Below the pieces are notes generated by a model. The model worked only from the letters and a program-made list of their open reading frames with translations, did no database searches and was not told the DNA's origin. From positions 1 to 33,515 of the forward strand of contig NIVC01004847.1 in NCBI GenBank assembly GCA_002269645.1: a stretch of 33,515 nt of DNA, written 5' to 3'. The position numbers were made by a program, and so were the translations under genes. This stretch comes from Macrostomum lignano (taxonomy: Eukaryota). The number at the start of each line of letters is the position of its first letter. The stretch's first letter is position 1. Below, piece after piece: positions 11,350-27,899 of the stretch.

Positions 11350-12558
11350 ATGACACGCATTTCTTTTCCAGGCGCGGTTCGAACAGCCCTATTGGTTCTC
11401 CTAGTGGTGGTCATCGGATTATTGCAACTACGAAGTCAGACTGAACCAGAAGGTACCGGACAGGCGCTGGCAAAGCCGCGGACAGAAACTATGTCCCCAG
11501 CTAGTTTTGGTCCGAAAGAGCTCCCAAGAAGTTCAAAATCGCCATCACGACAGGCCCCCTTGCGGGATGGGCAGCCGTGCGGCGAGCTGCCTGCCCGGTT
11601 CCCCGACTCCATTCCGCCTCTGGTGCACTTGACCAGCAAGGATGGTAGAATTGCCACCAAACTCCTTCCGACTGTGCGCTCCTGGAGACGACTGCTCGAT
11701 ATCGACATCAGCAACAGATCGGCTTCAGGCCAGCTGATCTTCAATAATCGCTGGCACTTCATGCACTGGGACGACAGGCAGATCTCGGAGCTGATAGCCA
11801 AGCACCACCCGCGCCTGAGCCGCAGCTACGGCAAGCTGGCATCCGGCTTGGAGAGGTCCGACATTGGCAGGCTGGCCGTGTTGCACCATGTTGGCGGCCT
11901 CTACGTCGACCTGGACGTGGAGCTTCTGCGGGACCCGACGCCACTGCTGAGACCGGCGCAGCTGCGCGGACCTTCCCGCCTGGCTGAGAATTTCAGCTGC
12001 GAATCGGCCGTATGGAGCCAGGAGCCGCCAGCTCATCCGATCTTCGTGTACAACAGGAGCTCAATCATCTCCAATGCTGTGATGATGAGCCGAGCGAACC
12101 AGACCTTTCTAACCTTCGTTCTCAACAACTGGCCGGATTGGTTTGAGCGCGTCTGGGCCGAGAAGTCCCGCAGGAAGGACACCCAGGCGGTACAAGTCAC
12201 GGGACCCGCCATGCTGCAGGAGTTCTACAACAATTACACAGCATTGAAGCCGAGGGAGCCGGCCCTAGACTGGTGCGCCAACATGCTGGCTGACCCGGAC
12301 GTCTTTCAGCCAATCAGCGATCACTACTACGGACCGAAGCGGATGAAACACGTGTGCGTTAAGGATGCTGCCAGGATGAACGAGCTGCAGCGGCTTCTGT
12401 GCCAGCGCATGGCCAGGGAGAAGTTCAAAGAGAAGCAGGTGCCAAAGAGCGCCTACACTGTGCACAAGTTCATGCATCTGAGCTATGAGAACCGGTTACG
12501 GAGGCTTCAGACTAGTGCAATCTCATCTGTTTTGCCCATTCTCACCTGCGAAATTTGA
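11350..12558 (+). CDS. GT32-family DxD glycosyltransferase (SUR1/CSH1/OCH1-like), type II membrane protein, 402 aa
   Basis: N-terminal anchor TALLVLLVVVIGLL; IPPLVHLT; ERSDIGRLAVLHHVGGLYVDLDVE; ISNAVMMS; TGPAML; YTVHKFMH. One uninterrupted ORF; AATAAA at 12885-12890. Confidence 0.88.
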   Translation: MTRISFPGAVRTALLVLLVVVIGLLQLRSQTEPEGTGQALAKPRTETMSPASFGPKELPRSSKSPSRQAPLRDGQPCGELPARFPDSIPPLVHLTSKDGRIATKLLPTVRSWRRLLDIDISNRSASGQLIFNNRWHFMHWDDRQISELIAKHHPRLSRSYGKLASGLERSDIGRLAVLHHVGGLYVDLDVELLRDPTPLLRPAQLRGPSRLAENFSCESAVWSQEPPAHPIFVYNRSSIISNAVMMSRANQTFLTFVLNNWPDWFERVWAEKSRRKDTQAVQVTGPAMLQEFYNNYTALKPREPALDWCANMLADPDVFQPISDHYYGPKRMKHVCVKDAARMNELQRLLCQRMAREKFKEKQVPKSAYTVHKFMHLSYENRLRRLQTSAISSVLPILTCEI

Positions 12559-12658
12559 CTATAGTAGCTGTACAACTTGCTTTTGCCACAGGGCAACCCG
12601 CTGCTGCGTGAGGTCAACATAGTAATACACATGTACTTCAGCAGAATCTGTGGATTTT

Positions 12659-12830
12659 CTCAGCATCACCCCCCATCATCACTCTGTCTCAGCATCATTC
12701 CCCATCAGCATCACTCAGTCTCAGCATCATTCCCTATCAGCATCACTCAGTCTCAGCATCATTCCCCCTCATCACTCAGTCTCAGCTAGCATCATTCCCC
12801 ATCAGCATCATTCCCATCAGCATCATCATT
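12659..12830. repeat. Degenerate CAGCATCATTCCCCAT/CACTCAGTCT tandem repeat
   Basis: Read directly. Confidence 0.8.
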
Positions 12831-12947
12831 GATGAAAAATCATTCGCTAATACTCGTATCGACAACGAAAGCGTTCTTGTGCGCAATAAACGAGCTATAT
12901 ATTAAAAGAACTCTATGAAGCTAGTGAATTTTAATAAAAACAAAAGC

Positions 12948-12982
12948 ACTGACTGACTGACTGACTGACTGACTGACTGACT

Positions 12983-13014
<32 letters not shown>

Positions 13015-14334
13015 GACTGACTGACTGACTGACTGACTTGAGTGAGTGGGTGACTGACTGACTGACTGACTGACTGACTGACTGACTGACTGACTGACTG
13101 ACTGACTGACTTGAGTGAGTGGGTGACTGACTGACTGACTGACTGACTGACTGACTGACTGACTGACTGACTGACTGACTGACTGACTGACTGACTGACT
13201 GACTGACTTGAGTGAGTGGGTGACTGACTGACTGACTGACTGACTGACTGACTGACTGACTGACTGACTGAGTGAGTGGGTGACTGACTGACTGACTGAC
13301 TGACTGACTGACTGACTGACTGACTGACTGACTGACTGACTGACTGACTGACTGACTGACTGACTGACTGACTGACTGACTGACTGACTTGAGTGAGTGG
13401 GTGACTGACTGACTGACTGACTGACTGACTGACTGACTGACTGACTGACTGACTGACTGTGTGACTGACTGACTGACTGACTGACTTGAGTGAGTGGGTG
13501 ACTGACTGACTGACTGACTGACTGACTGACTGACTGACTGACTGACTGACTGACTGACTGACTGTGTGACTGACTGACTGACTTGAGTGAGTGGGTGACT
13601 GACTGACTGACTGACTGACTGACTGACTGACTGACTGACTGACTGACTGACTGACTGACTGACTGACTGACTGACTGACTGACTGACTGACTGACTGACT
13701 GACTGACTGACTGACTGACTGACTGACTGACTGACTGACTGACTGACTGACTGACTGACTGACTGACTGACTGACTGACTTGAGTGAGTGGGTGACTGAC
13801 TGTGTGACTGACTGACTGACTGACTGACTTGAGTGAGTGGGTCACTGACTGTGTGACTGACTGACTGACTGACTGACTTGAGTGAGTGGGTGACTGACTG
13901 ACTGACTGACTGACTGACTGACTGACTGACTGACTGACTGACTGACTGACTGACTGACTGACTGACTGACTGACTGACTGACTGACTGACTTGAGTGAGT
14001 GGGTGACTGACTGACTGACTGACTGACTGACTGACTGACTGACTGACTGACTGACTGACTGACTGACTGACTGTGTGACTGACTGACTGACTTGAGTGAG
14101 TGGGTGACTGACTGACTGACTGACTGACTGACTGACTGACTGACTGACTGACTGACTGACTGACTGACTGACTGACTGACTGACTGACTGACTGACTGAC
14201 TGACTGACTGACTGACTGACTGACTGACTGACTGACTGACTGACTGACTGACTGACTGACTGACTGACTGACTGACTGACTGACTGACTGACTGACTGAC
14301 TGACTGACTGACTGACTGACTGACTGACTGACTG
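12948..14334. repeat. (GACT)n tetranucleotide array, ~1.4 kb, interrupted by TGAGTGAGTGGGT
   Basis: Read directly; source of the SQSV pseudo-ORF. Confidence 0.98.
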
Positions 14335-14899
14335 TATTGTGCTTAGGAGTCAGGGGAATGGGCAGAAATGCGTCAGTGCTGGTTCATGGAGACGATGTCG
14401 CCAGGGTGCATGAGTTTTTCCAGTTTTTTTGAAGAGCAAACGAAGAGACGTCTGTGGCTGAACATTTATTTCATTCAGGAATAAAAATGAGCTGCGAAAT
14501 TGTATTATCCACACTTCGAAGCCTTTGCCTTGGCCAACTTCCATTCCTATAGACTGCATGCACCCTGTGACTGCTTTAGCAACTGGGGCATATTCCGATT
14601 TCGCCTTCCAGCTTCGCGGGCATCAGGTGGCAGATGTCGCACGCACTCACCTGTTAGACAGCTGTGTGCAAAACTGGGCACGAATTGCCCGCCTAGCTTA
14701 CGGAATCACCAACTGAATTAATGACAGGTGCTTGGCAGGGGGGGGCTGATTCCCTCTCCCTGCCCTGCACCGTATGCCATTGTGGCTTTTAATGAAAAGC
14801 TTTTTAAAAAAACTTGCATCGCGTATTCAAGGAGACCGCGTTTCCTATAGAATCTGGCGTGGCTATCCCGCTGATCCCGCGGCGCTATATTTTTACCTA

Positions 14900-15221
14900 C
14901 ATGTTACCTATAGGCTCCCTATATTAACTATGATGTTACCTACTGTATATGTTACCGATATGTTTATCCCAATATGTTAACTACATGTTACCTATGTTTA
15001 CCTATATGTTACCGATATGTTACTATTATGTTACCTATATGCTATCTATATGTTACCTATGTGTTACCTATATGCTACCTATATGTTACCTATACGTTAT
15101 CTATGTTACCTATATGTTACCTATATGTTAACTATATGCTACCTATATGTTACCTATATGTTAACTATATGCTACCTATATGTTACCTATATGTTAACTA
15201 TATGCTACCTATATGTTACCC
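14900..15221. repeat. ~11-bp TATATGTTACC minisatellite
   Basis: Read directly. Confidence 0.9.
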
Positions 15222-15974
15222 ATATTAGCAAGAGCTCCCATACTCCAGACTCTATTCTGTTCGCGATCTCCTGGACTCGGGGGGGAACAGAGCTTTTTGG
15301 AGGGGGGGGGTAGGAATTTAAAAAAGTGAACGGCGAGGAAAGATATGTAGAGCCAGGCAGTCAGCTTCCAGCGTAGTAGTCACCTGATGACTGCCGAACA
15401 GCCCCAGAAGTCCCTGGGTTTTGTCGGTAAGTGAGGACCTGGGTGGGAGGGGACGCACGCGCAGAAAAATAGCTGCAAATGCTGGCTGCGGATCTCCCCA
15501 GGCAATTCTCCCACGGCTATCGTTGCGAGGCCTGAAGATTTCTCGTGTCCTCACCAACATCCGCAGCATTAGGATTTTCTTAACACCCTTTCATGCGCGC
15601 TTTTCTTCTTCTGCAGGCTCCCAAGAATTTGCTGTGGTTTGTCTCCTACCTCATTTCCCAAGCAGCTGGATTGACAGCGGCAGGTGCCTTTTATGGGAAC
15701 CCAAAGCGCAGCGGACAAAAGGTGCGAAGCACTGCCGATTTGCGGGCCAGATAAGGTGCTGCTAAACCCCGATAATCTTTCTCGGGAACTTTGTCTCGAA
15801 GCAAATAGCGACACTTTTAAGTGAAAGTTCGATTCGGAAAATGAATAAGGGGTTTGGGACCGGCAGGATGCAGAAATTGACAGGAAAAATAGTGGCAGCA
15901 ACTTCTGCAGCTGATTTGATAATAGCCTTCTCCGCACTTTTTCTCGAAACCGGAACTCAATTAACCCCATCACT

Positions 15975-16270
15975 ATCTGATCCCCTCAACTCACTCTCTG
16001 ATATCCTCAACTCACTCTCTGATATCCTCAACTCACTCTCTGATATCCTCAACTCACTCTCTGATATCCTCAACTCACTCTCTGATATCCTCAACTCACT
16101 CTTTGATATCCTCAACTCACTCTCTGATATCCTCAACTCACTCTCTGATATCCTCAACTCACTCTTTGATATCCTCAACTCACTCTTTGATATCCTCAAC
16201 TCACTCTCTGATATCCTCAACTCACTCTCTGATATCCTCAACTCACTCTCTCATATCCTCAACTCACTCT
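15975..16270. repeat. 21-bp minisatellite CTCTGATATCCTCAACTCACT, ~14 copies
   Basis: Near-perfect tandem copies. Confidence 0.95.
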
Positions 16271-16844
16271 CATTAATTCAGTGCATAATCCCTCAATGTT
16301 CGGATCGCATGCCACCCCCCCCCCAATTTCCGCATGTACAGTGACAGCGCTACACTTGACATTTTGTTTATTTGCACAGAATCGACTGAAGGTCTTTGTC
16401 GTCTAAAATACGCCGAAAAGCTACACGTTATTCATGAATTGAATCGCTTAGTGCGCCGTGTTCTCCTTCCCGTTAAAACAAAGACTTCTTAATAGCTTTT
16501 CCCCTGCCAGGTGATGTCAATTATAACCGTATCAAATCGAACGTGCCCGAAAAAGGTTTCTGACGAATTGCAGCTGCAAGACCGAACATGAACTGACATG
16601 GGCCCAGCCCTGCAGCCTCACTCGTGACTTACCCCCTAGCAACAGCAAATCCGCGAAGGACACCCCTGCTCTGCAAGTGTGTCTGCAGCCAGCCAATAGG
16701 TGACTGCGGTAGGGGTAATTCTGGTAATAAAAACACTGTCGGTCCCTTCGTGCAGATCCTTAGTTTGCGCAAAATTCATTCACTTCCATCTTTGTTTCCT
16801 TGATCCCTGCAATACTAATTGCTGTGTTCCCGATTCAGAACTGC

Positions 16845-23079
<6,235 letters not shown>

Positions 23080-23106
23080 CGCTGCAGTGCGCCTCGATGA
23101 TTGGCG

Positions 23107-24147
23107 CTATAGACTGGGGGCGCTGATTTAAGGGCGTCGATCTTGGGCGCTGATCTGGGGGCGCTAGTCTGGGGGCGCTTGTCTGTGAGCGCTAGTCTGG
23201 GGGCGCTAGTCTGGGAGCGCTAGTCCGGGAGCGCTACTCTGGGGGCGCTAGTCTGGGAGCGCTAGTCTGGTAGCGCTACTCTGGGGGCGCTAGTCTGGGG
23301 GCGCTAGTCTGGGGGCGCTATAGTCTGGGAGCGCTATAGTCTAGGAGCGTTAGTCTGGGGGCGCTAGTCTGGGGGCGCTACTCTGGGGGCGCTTGTCTGA
23401 GGGCGCCTATCCTGGGCGCTAGTCTGGAGGCGCTTGTCTGAGGGCGCCTATCTAGGGCACTAGTCTGGGGGCGCTAGTCTGGTAGCGCTAGTCTGTGAGC
23501 GCTAGTCTGGTAGCGCTACTCTGGGGCGCTTGCCTGAGGGCGCCTATCTGGGGCGCTAGTCTGGGGCGCTAGTCTGGGAGCGCTAGTCTGGGGCGCTAGT
23601 CTGAGGGCGCCTATCTGGGGCGCTAGTCTGGGGGCGCTTGTCTGAGGGCGCCTATCTGGGGCGCTAGTCTGGGGGCGCTATAGTCTGGGAGCGCTAGTCT
23701 GTGAGCGCTAGTCTGTGAGCGCTAGTCTGGGAGCGTTAGTCTGGTAGCGCTACTCTGGGGGCTTGCCTGAGGGCGCCTATCTGGGGCGCTAGTCTGGGGG
23801 CGCTTGTCGGAGGGGCGCTATAGTCTTGGGGCGCTAGTCGGGGGTTGCTAGTATGGGGTTTGCTAGTCTGAGGGCGCTAGTCTGGGGGCGCTAGTCCGAG
23901 GGCGCTAGTCGGGGGTTGCTAGTATGGGGTTTGCTAGTCTGAGGGCGCTAGTCTGGGGGCGCTAGTCCGAGGGCGCTAGTCGGGGGTTGCTAGTATGGGG
24001 TTTGCTAGTCTGAGGGCGCTAGTCTGGGGGCGCTAGTCCGAGGGCGCTAGTCGGGGGTTGCTAGTATGGGGTTTGCTAGTCTGAGGGCGCTAGTCTGGGA
24101 GCGCCGATCTGGGGGCGCTAGTCTGTCTGAGGGCGCCGATCTGGGAG
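23107..24147. repeat. ~14-bp GCTAGTCTGGGGGC minisatellite with a 71-bp higher-order repeat at ~23833-24100
   Basis: Read directly; higher-order units start at 23833, 23904, 23975 and 24046. Confidence 0.92.
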
Positions 24148-24213
24148 CCCTAACCTCGGGCCACAATTTTTTTTAATCTAAGCGTTCATTTATTAACATT
24201 TATCGTGCTATGC

Positions 24214-24219
24214 AATAAA
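24214..24219 (+). promoter_or_regulatory. Candidate polyadenylation signal for the channel gene
   Basis: First AATAAA I found after the 23079 stop; a second lies at 24246-24251. Confidence 0.35.
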
Positions 24220-24560
24220 GTTTACAATTTAAGCTTACAATTTAGAATAAAAATGACTTGCTAATTATCTAATACTGTCTAATACACTCTTGACTAGTTG
24301 TGTGCGTTAAGAAAATCTGTACATTACTGCAGTACACGTTGAAATTTTTCTGTGATTGACAGGTCATTTAAAGAGAAGTACATCTTGTACATTTCATAAA
24401 CTACCAGATTGGATTGCAGGTTTATAGGGCCCGGAAAAACACTAAAACCTATCCGACCAGTATACTCGTTAAATATGCAGTTCACACAGCCATAAAATAT
24501 CCGATATGGCTCTTCAAAGCGCCGGTAACATTTGCAGTTGGAGCGATTTTTTTCTCGTGG

Positions 24561-25455
24561 GGTGTCAGCAGCATCAGATAGGAGTGTCAGAAGCATCAGA
24601 TAGGGGTGTCAGGAGCAACAGATAGGGGTGTCAGGAGCATCAGATAGGAGTGTCAGGAGCATCAGATAGGAATGCCAGGAGCATCAGATAGGGATGTCAG
24701 GAGCATCAGATAGGGATGTCAGGAGCATCAGATAGGGATGTCAGGAGCATCAGATAGGGATGTCCGGAGCATCAGATAGGAATGCCAGGAGCATCAGATA
24801 GGGATTTCAGGAGCATCAGATAGGAATGCCAGGAGCATCAGATAGGGATGTCAGGAGCATCAGATAGGGATGTCAGGAGCATCAGATAGGGGTGTCAGGA
24901 GCATCAGATAAGGGTGTCAGGAGCATCAGATAGGGATGTCAGGAGCATCAGATAGGGGTGTCAGCAGCATCAGATGGGAGTGTCAGAAGCATCAGATTGG
25001 GGTGTCAGGAGCATCAGATTGGGGTGTCAGGAGCATCAGAAAGGGTGTCAGGAGCATCATGGATAGGGTTGTCAGGAGCATCAGATAGGGATGTTAGGAG
25101 CATCAGAAAGGGTTGTCAGGAGCATCATGGATAGGGATGTCAGGAGCATCAGAAAGAGATGTAAGGAGCAACAGATAGGGATGTCAGGAGCATCAGAAAG
25201 GGTTGTCAGGAGCATCATGGATAGGGATGTCAGGAGCATCAGATAGAGATGTCAGGAGCAACAGATAGGGATGTCAGGAGCATCAGAAAGGGTTGTCAGG
25301 AGCATCATGGATAGGGATGTCAGGAGCATCAGATAGAGATGTCAGGAGCAACAGATAGGGATGTCAGGAGCAACAGATAGGGATGTCAGGAGCATCAGAA
25401 AGGGTTGTCAGGAGCAACAGATAGGGATGTCAGGAGCATCAGATAGGGATGTCAG
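24561..25455. repeat. 22-bp CAGGAGCATCAGATAGGGATGT minisatellite
   Basis: Read directly. Confidence 0.95.
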
Positions 25456-26139
25456 AGTGAGAAATAAGGTGTCAGCAGTAGAAAAAGTCTATAAGCGGTT
25501 CAAAACAGTAACTTTGCGCCATACTCCATAGTTTTCTTTGATAAAATCCAAATTTCTCTACTCTTAGTAGTCAAAAACGCGTATAAATGAAATAAAAAAT
25601 AAACAAAAGATGGAAAACGCACACCTGAAGGATTAGCAAATTTGAGAGTCAATATTTTGCGTTTAGAAGCTTTCGAGTAACATTTTGTTTTATATAAATT
25701 TGCGAATATATTTGAACTCGACTTCGTGAGGACAGAGAAACTACAGTAAGGGATGGCTGGGTTCAGTTGACAAAGAAATGAAAAAAGAACATTGCGCAGC
25801 ATAAAACGCTAGCTAGATAATAAACAATTGTTAGGCGTAAAACACTGCAAATGACCAAATTAGCATTTCAAGCAGTTTCTGTCTCTCTTTCGGAGACAAT
25901 TCTGCTTTTTCTTTTCTAGCGTCACATGACTGACATGAAAAAGGCGACCCCCTATTGAGAAGAGAGCAAGGCTAGAAACTTCGGCCGGTCGAGCCCGCTT
26001 CAACTTTCCATATAAGGCAAGTAATTGAGCACAACTCAGCAACCTCAGCAAGCTGTCACTGGGACTGAGTTAATGAAGGACTCAAGGACTACTAAAGAAT
26101 CGACGAAATCTGTGTTGCCTGATCTCGGGTGCTCCAGCG

Positions 26140-26875
26140 GGGGTGCTTTCACAAGGTCCAAATTTCACAAGGTCGAAATTTCACAACGTAGAAAACTCAA
26201 ATAGCAGCCACTTTCACAAGGTCGAAACTTCATAAGCTCGAAATTTCACGTCGAAAATTTAATATAACAAGAACCATACAGTAGTTTTCTACGTTTTGAA
26301 ATTTCGACCTTATGAAGTCCCTTGCTAAAGTTTTCGATGTTGTGAAATTTCGATCTTGTAAAGTTTCGACCTAGTGAAAGTGGTTGCTATTTGAGTTTTC
26401 GACGTTATGAAATTTCGATTTTGTGAAAGTGGTTGCTAATGAGTTTTCGACGTTATGAAATTTCGATTTTGTGAAAGTGGTTGCTAATGAGTTTTCGACG
26501 TTATGAAATTTCGATTTTGTGAAAGTGGTTGCTAATGAGTTTTCGACGTTATGAAATTTCGATTTTGTGAAAGTGGTTGCTAATGAGTTTTCGACGTTAT
26601 GAAATTTCGATTTTGTGAAAGTGGTTGCTAATGAGTTTTCGACGTTATGAAATTTCGATTTTGTGAAAGTGGTTGCTAATGAGTTTTCGACGTTATGAAA
26701 TTTCGATTTTGTGAAAGTGGTTGCTAATGAGTTTTCGACGTTATGAAATTTCGATTTTGTTAAAGTGGTTGCTATTTGAGTTTTCGACGTTATGAAATTT
26801 CGATCTTGTGAAATTTCGACCTTGTGAAAGAAGGTGCTTTCGACGTTGTGAAATTTCGAGTTTGTGAAACCCCCC
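26140..26875. mobile_element. Non-autonomous foldback/MITE-like DNA element, 736 bp, 8-bp TSD
   Basis: CTCCAGCG at 26132-26139 and 26876-26883; G-run and C-run termini followed by TTTCACAA; ~70-bp subterminal arms are inverted; internal 48-bp tandem array. Confidence 0.8.
26375..26810. repeat. 48-bp tandem array inside the foldback element (~8-9 copies)
   Basis: GTGAAAGTGGTTGCTAATGAGTTTTCGACGTTATGAAATTTCGATTTT, near-identical copies. Confidence 0.95.
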
Positions 26876-27575
26876 CTCCAGCGATCCTCGCAAGCCTCCA
26901 GAACACAAAACAGCCACGCAACCACAACAAATCTTGGATGACTCTATCGCAACTTTTTTACGATTCTACAAGTCACGCGATGCTCTTGCGAGCCGTCTGA
27001 GTAGTAAAACTAGTCGCTGGAGTTGCTAGTGAGCTGTTTGCAACTCAATTGCATTATAACGAAATAATTGACAATGATTGTCAATTACAGATAAAATATA
27101 CGGCAGGTAAAATTTCAATAATGGCTAATGTTATATGAATATTAATAATAATAATTGCTAATTTACTAATAATTAACAATTCGATCGCTAGAAGAAGCCA
27201 AGCATATTTAGCAGGTTAGTTAAATGGCCGATGCCAGGTACACACGCTAGCGAGTACACAGTAACTATAAAGGGCAAATCACACTGTTTAACGAATAAAT
27301 AATGTAAATATAAAATAATTTGTATTGCCAATTGATGCATTCAGCAAACGAATTGAAGTTTAAGCAGCCCTTTAATCAGATTGTGTGGGGGGTATGCAAC
27401 AGGTTCGTAAGGATTGATTCAAGGATCCCTGAACCCTAACAACCAGTCCAACTGCGCCCGTCTGGAGTCCTTGGTTCCGATAAAAATGTCTCAGAAAAAT
27501 CTCTTTTATAACTTTTACTTGGTTAAAAAATTGTTAATCAATAATAATAAAAATCATTATGAAATACGACTGATA

Positions 27576-27899
27576 TTACGAAGCCCTCGCCAGCCTCGTG
27601 GCCTTGTCCATATTGCGCTGGACGCGGTCCTGAACTCGAACCTTGGCCTCGGCAATCTGCAGATCGATGCCCAGGCGGATTAGGGTTTCATTCTCCCCAA
27701 CCAGACGGAGAATCTCCATCTCAATTTGGACACCGAATACTCGCTGGCGCTGGTTACTAAGGCGCAATTCGCGAATGCGTCCTTGGTTACCAATGGCGGA
27801 GAATAGTTTAACAATGTACGGCCCGGTCAGGATGTTGGAGTCCAAGCAGAGCGTCTCCAGGGTCTTGTTGGTCTCCAGGGCGGTGAGGAGCCCGGCGGC
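27576..27899 (-). CDS. Tmod: Tropomodulin exon 3
   Basis: ctaccag|AAGLLTALETNKTLETLCLDSN...RVQRNMDKATRLARAS stop. Confidence 0.92.
   Translation of the reverse strand, partial: AAGLLTALETNKTLETLCLDSNILTGPYIVKLFSAIGNQGRIRELRLSNQRQRVFGVQIEMEILRLVGENETLIRLGIDLQIAEAKVRVQDRVQRNMDKATRLARAS

Noticed and set aside
12560-12655. Possible minus-strand terminal exon (SAEVHVYYYVDLTQQRVALWQKQVVQLL)
   Set aside because: No homology recognised and no partner exons found.
14650-14715. Minus-strand AG...GTGAGT-bounded 62-nt segment
   Set aside because: Stops in all three frames; at most non-coding and unsupported.
15841-16344. 167-aa ORF with an LSDILNS heptad repeat resembling a leucine zipper
   Set aside because: A 21-bp stop-free unit gives heptads automatically (the opposite strand gives RISESEL); the flanks show no coding signal.
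24324-24596. 90-aa minus-strand ORF with several Cys
   Set aside because: No recognisable motif; it begins inside the 22-bp satellite.
23833-26810. Regular 48-bp and 71-bp arrays as CRISPR-like
   Set aside because: No unique spacers, eukaryotic context, no cas genes.
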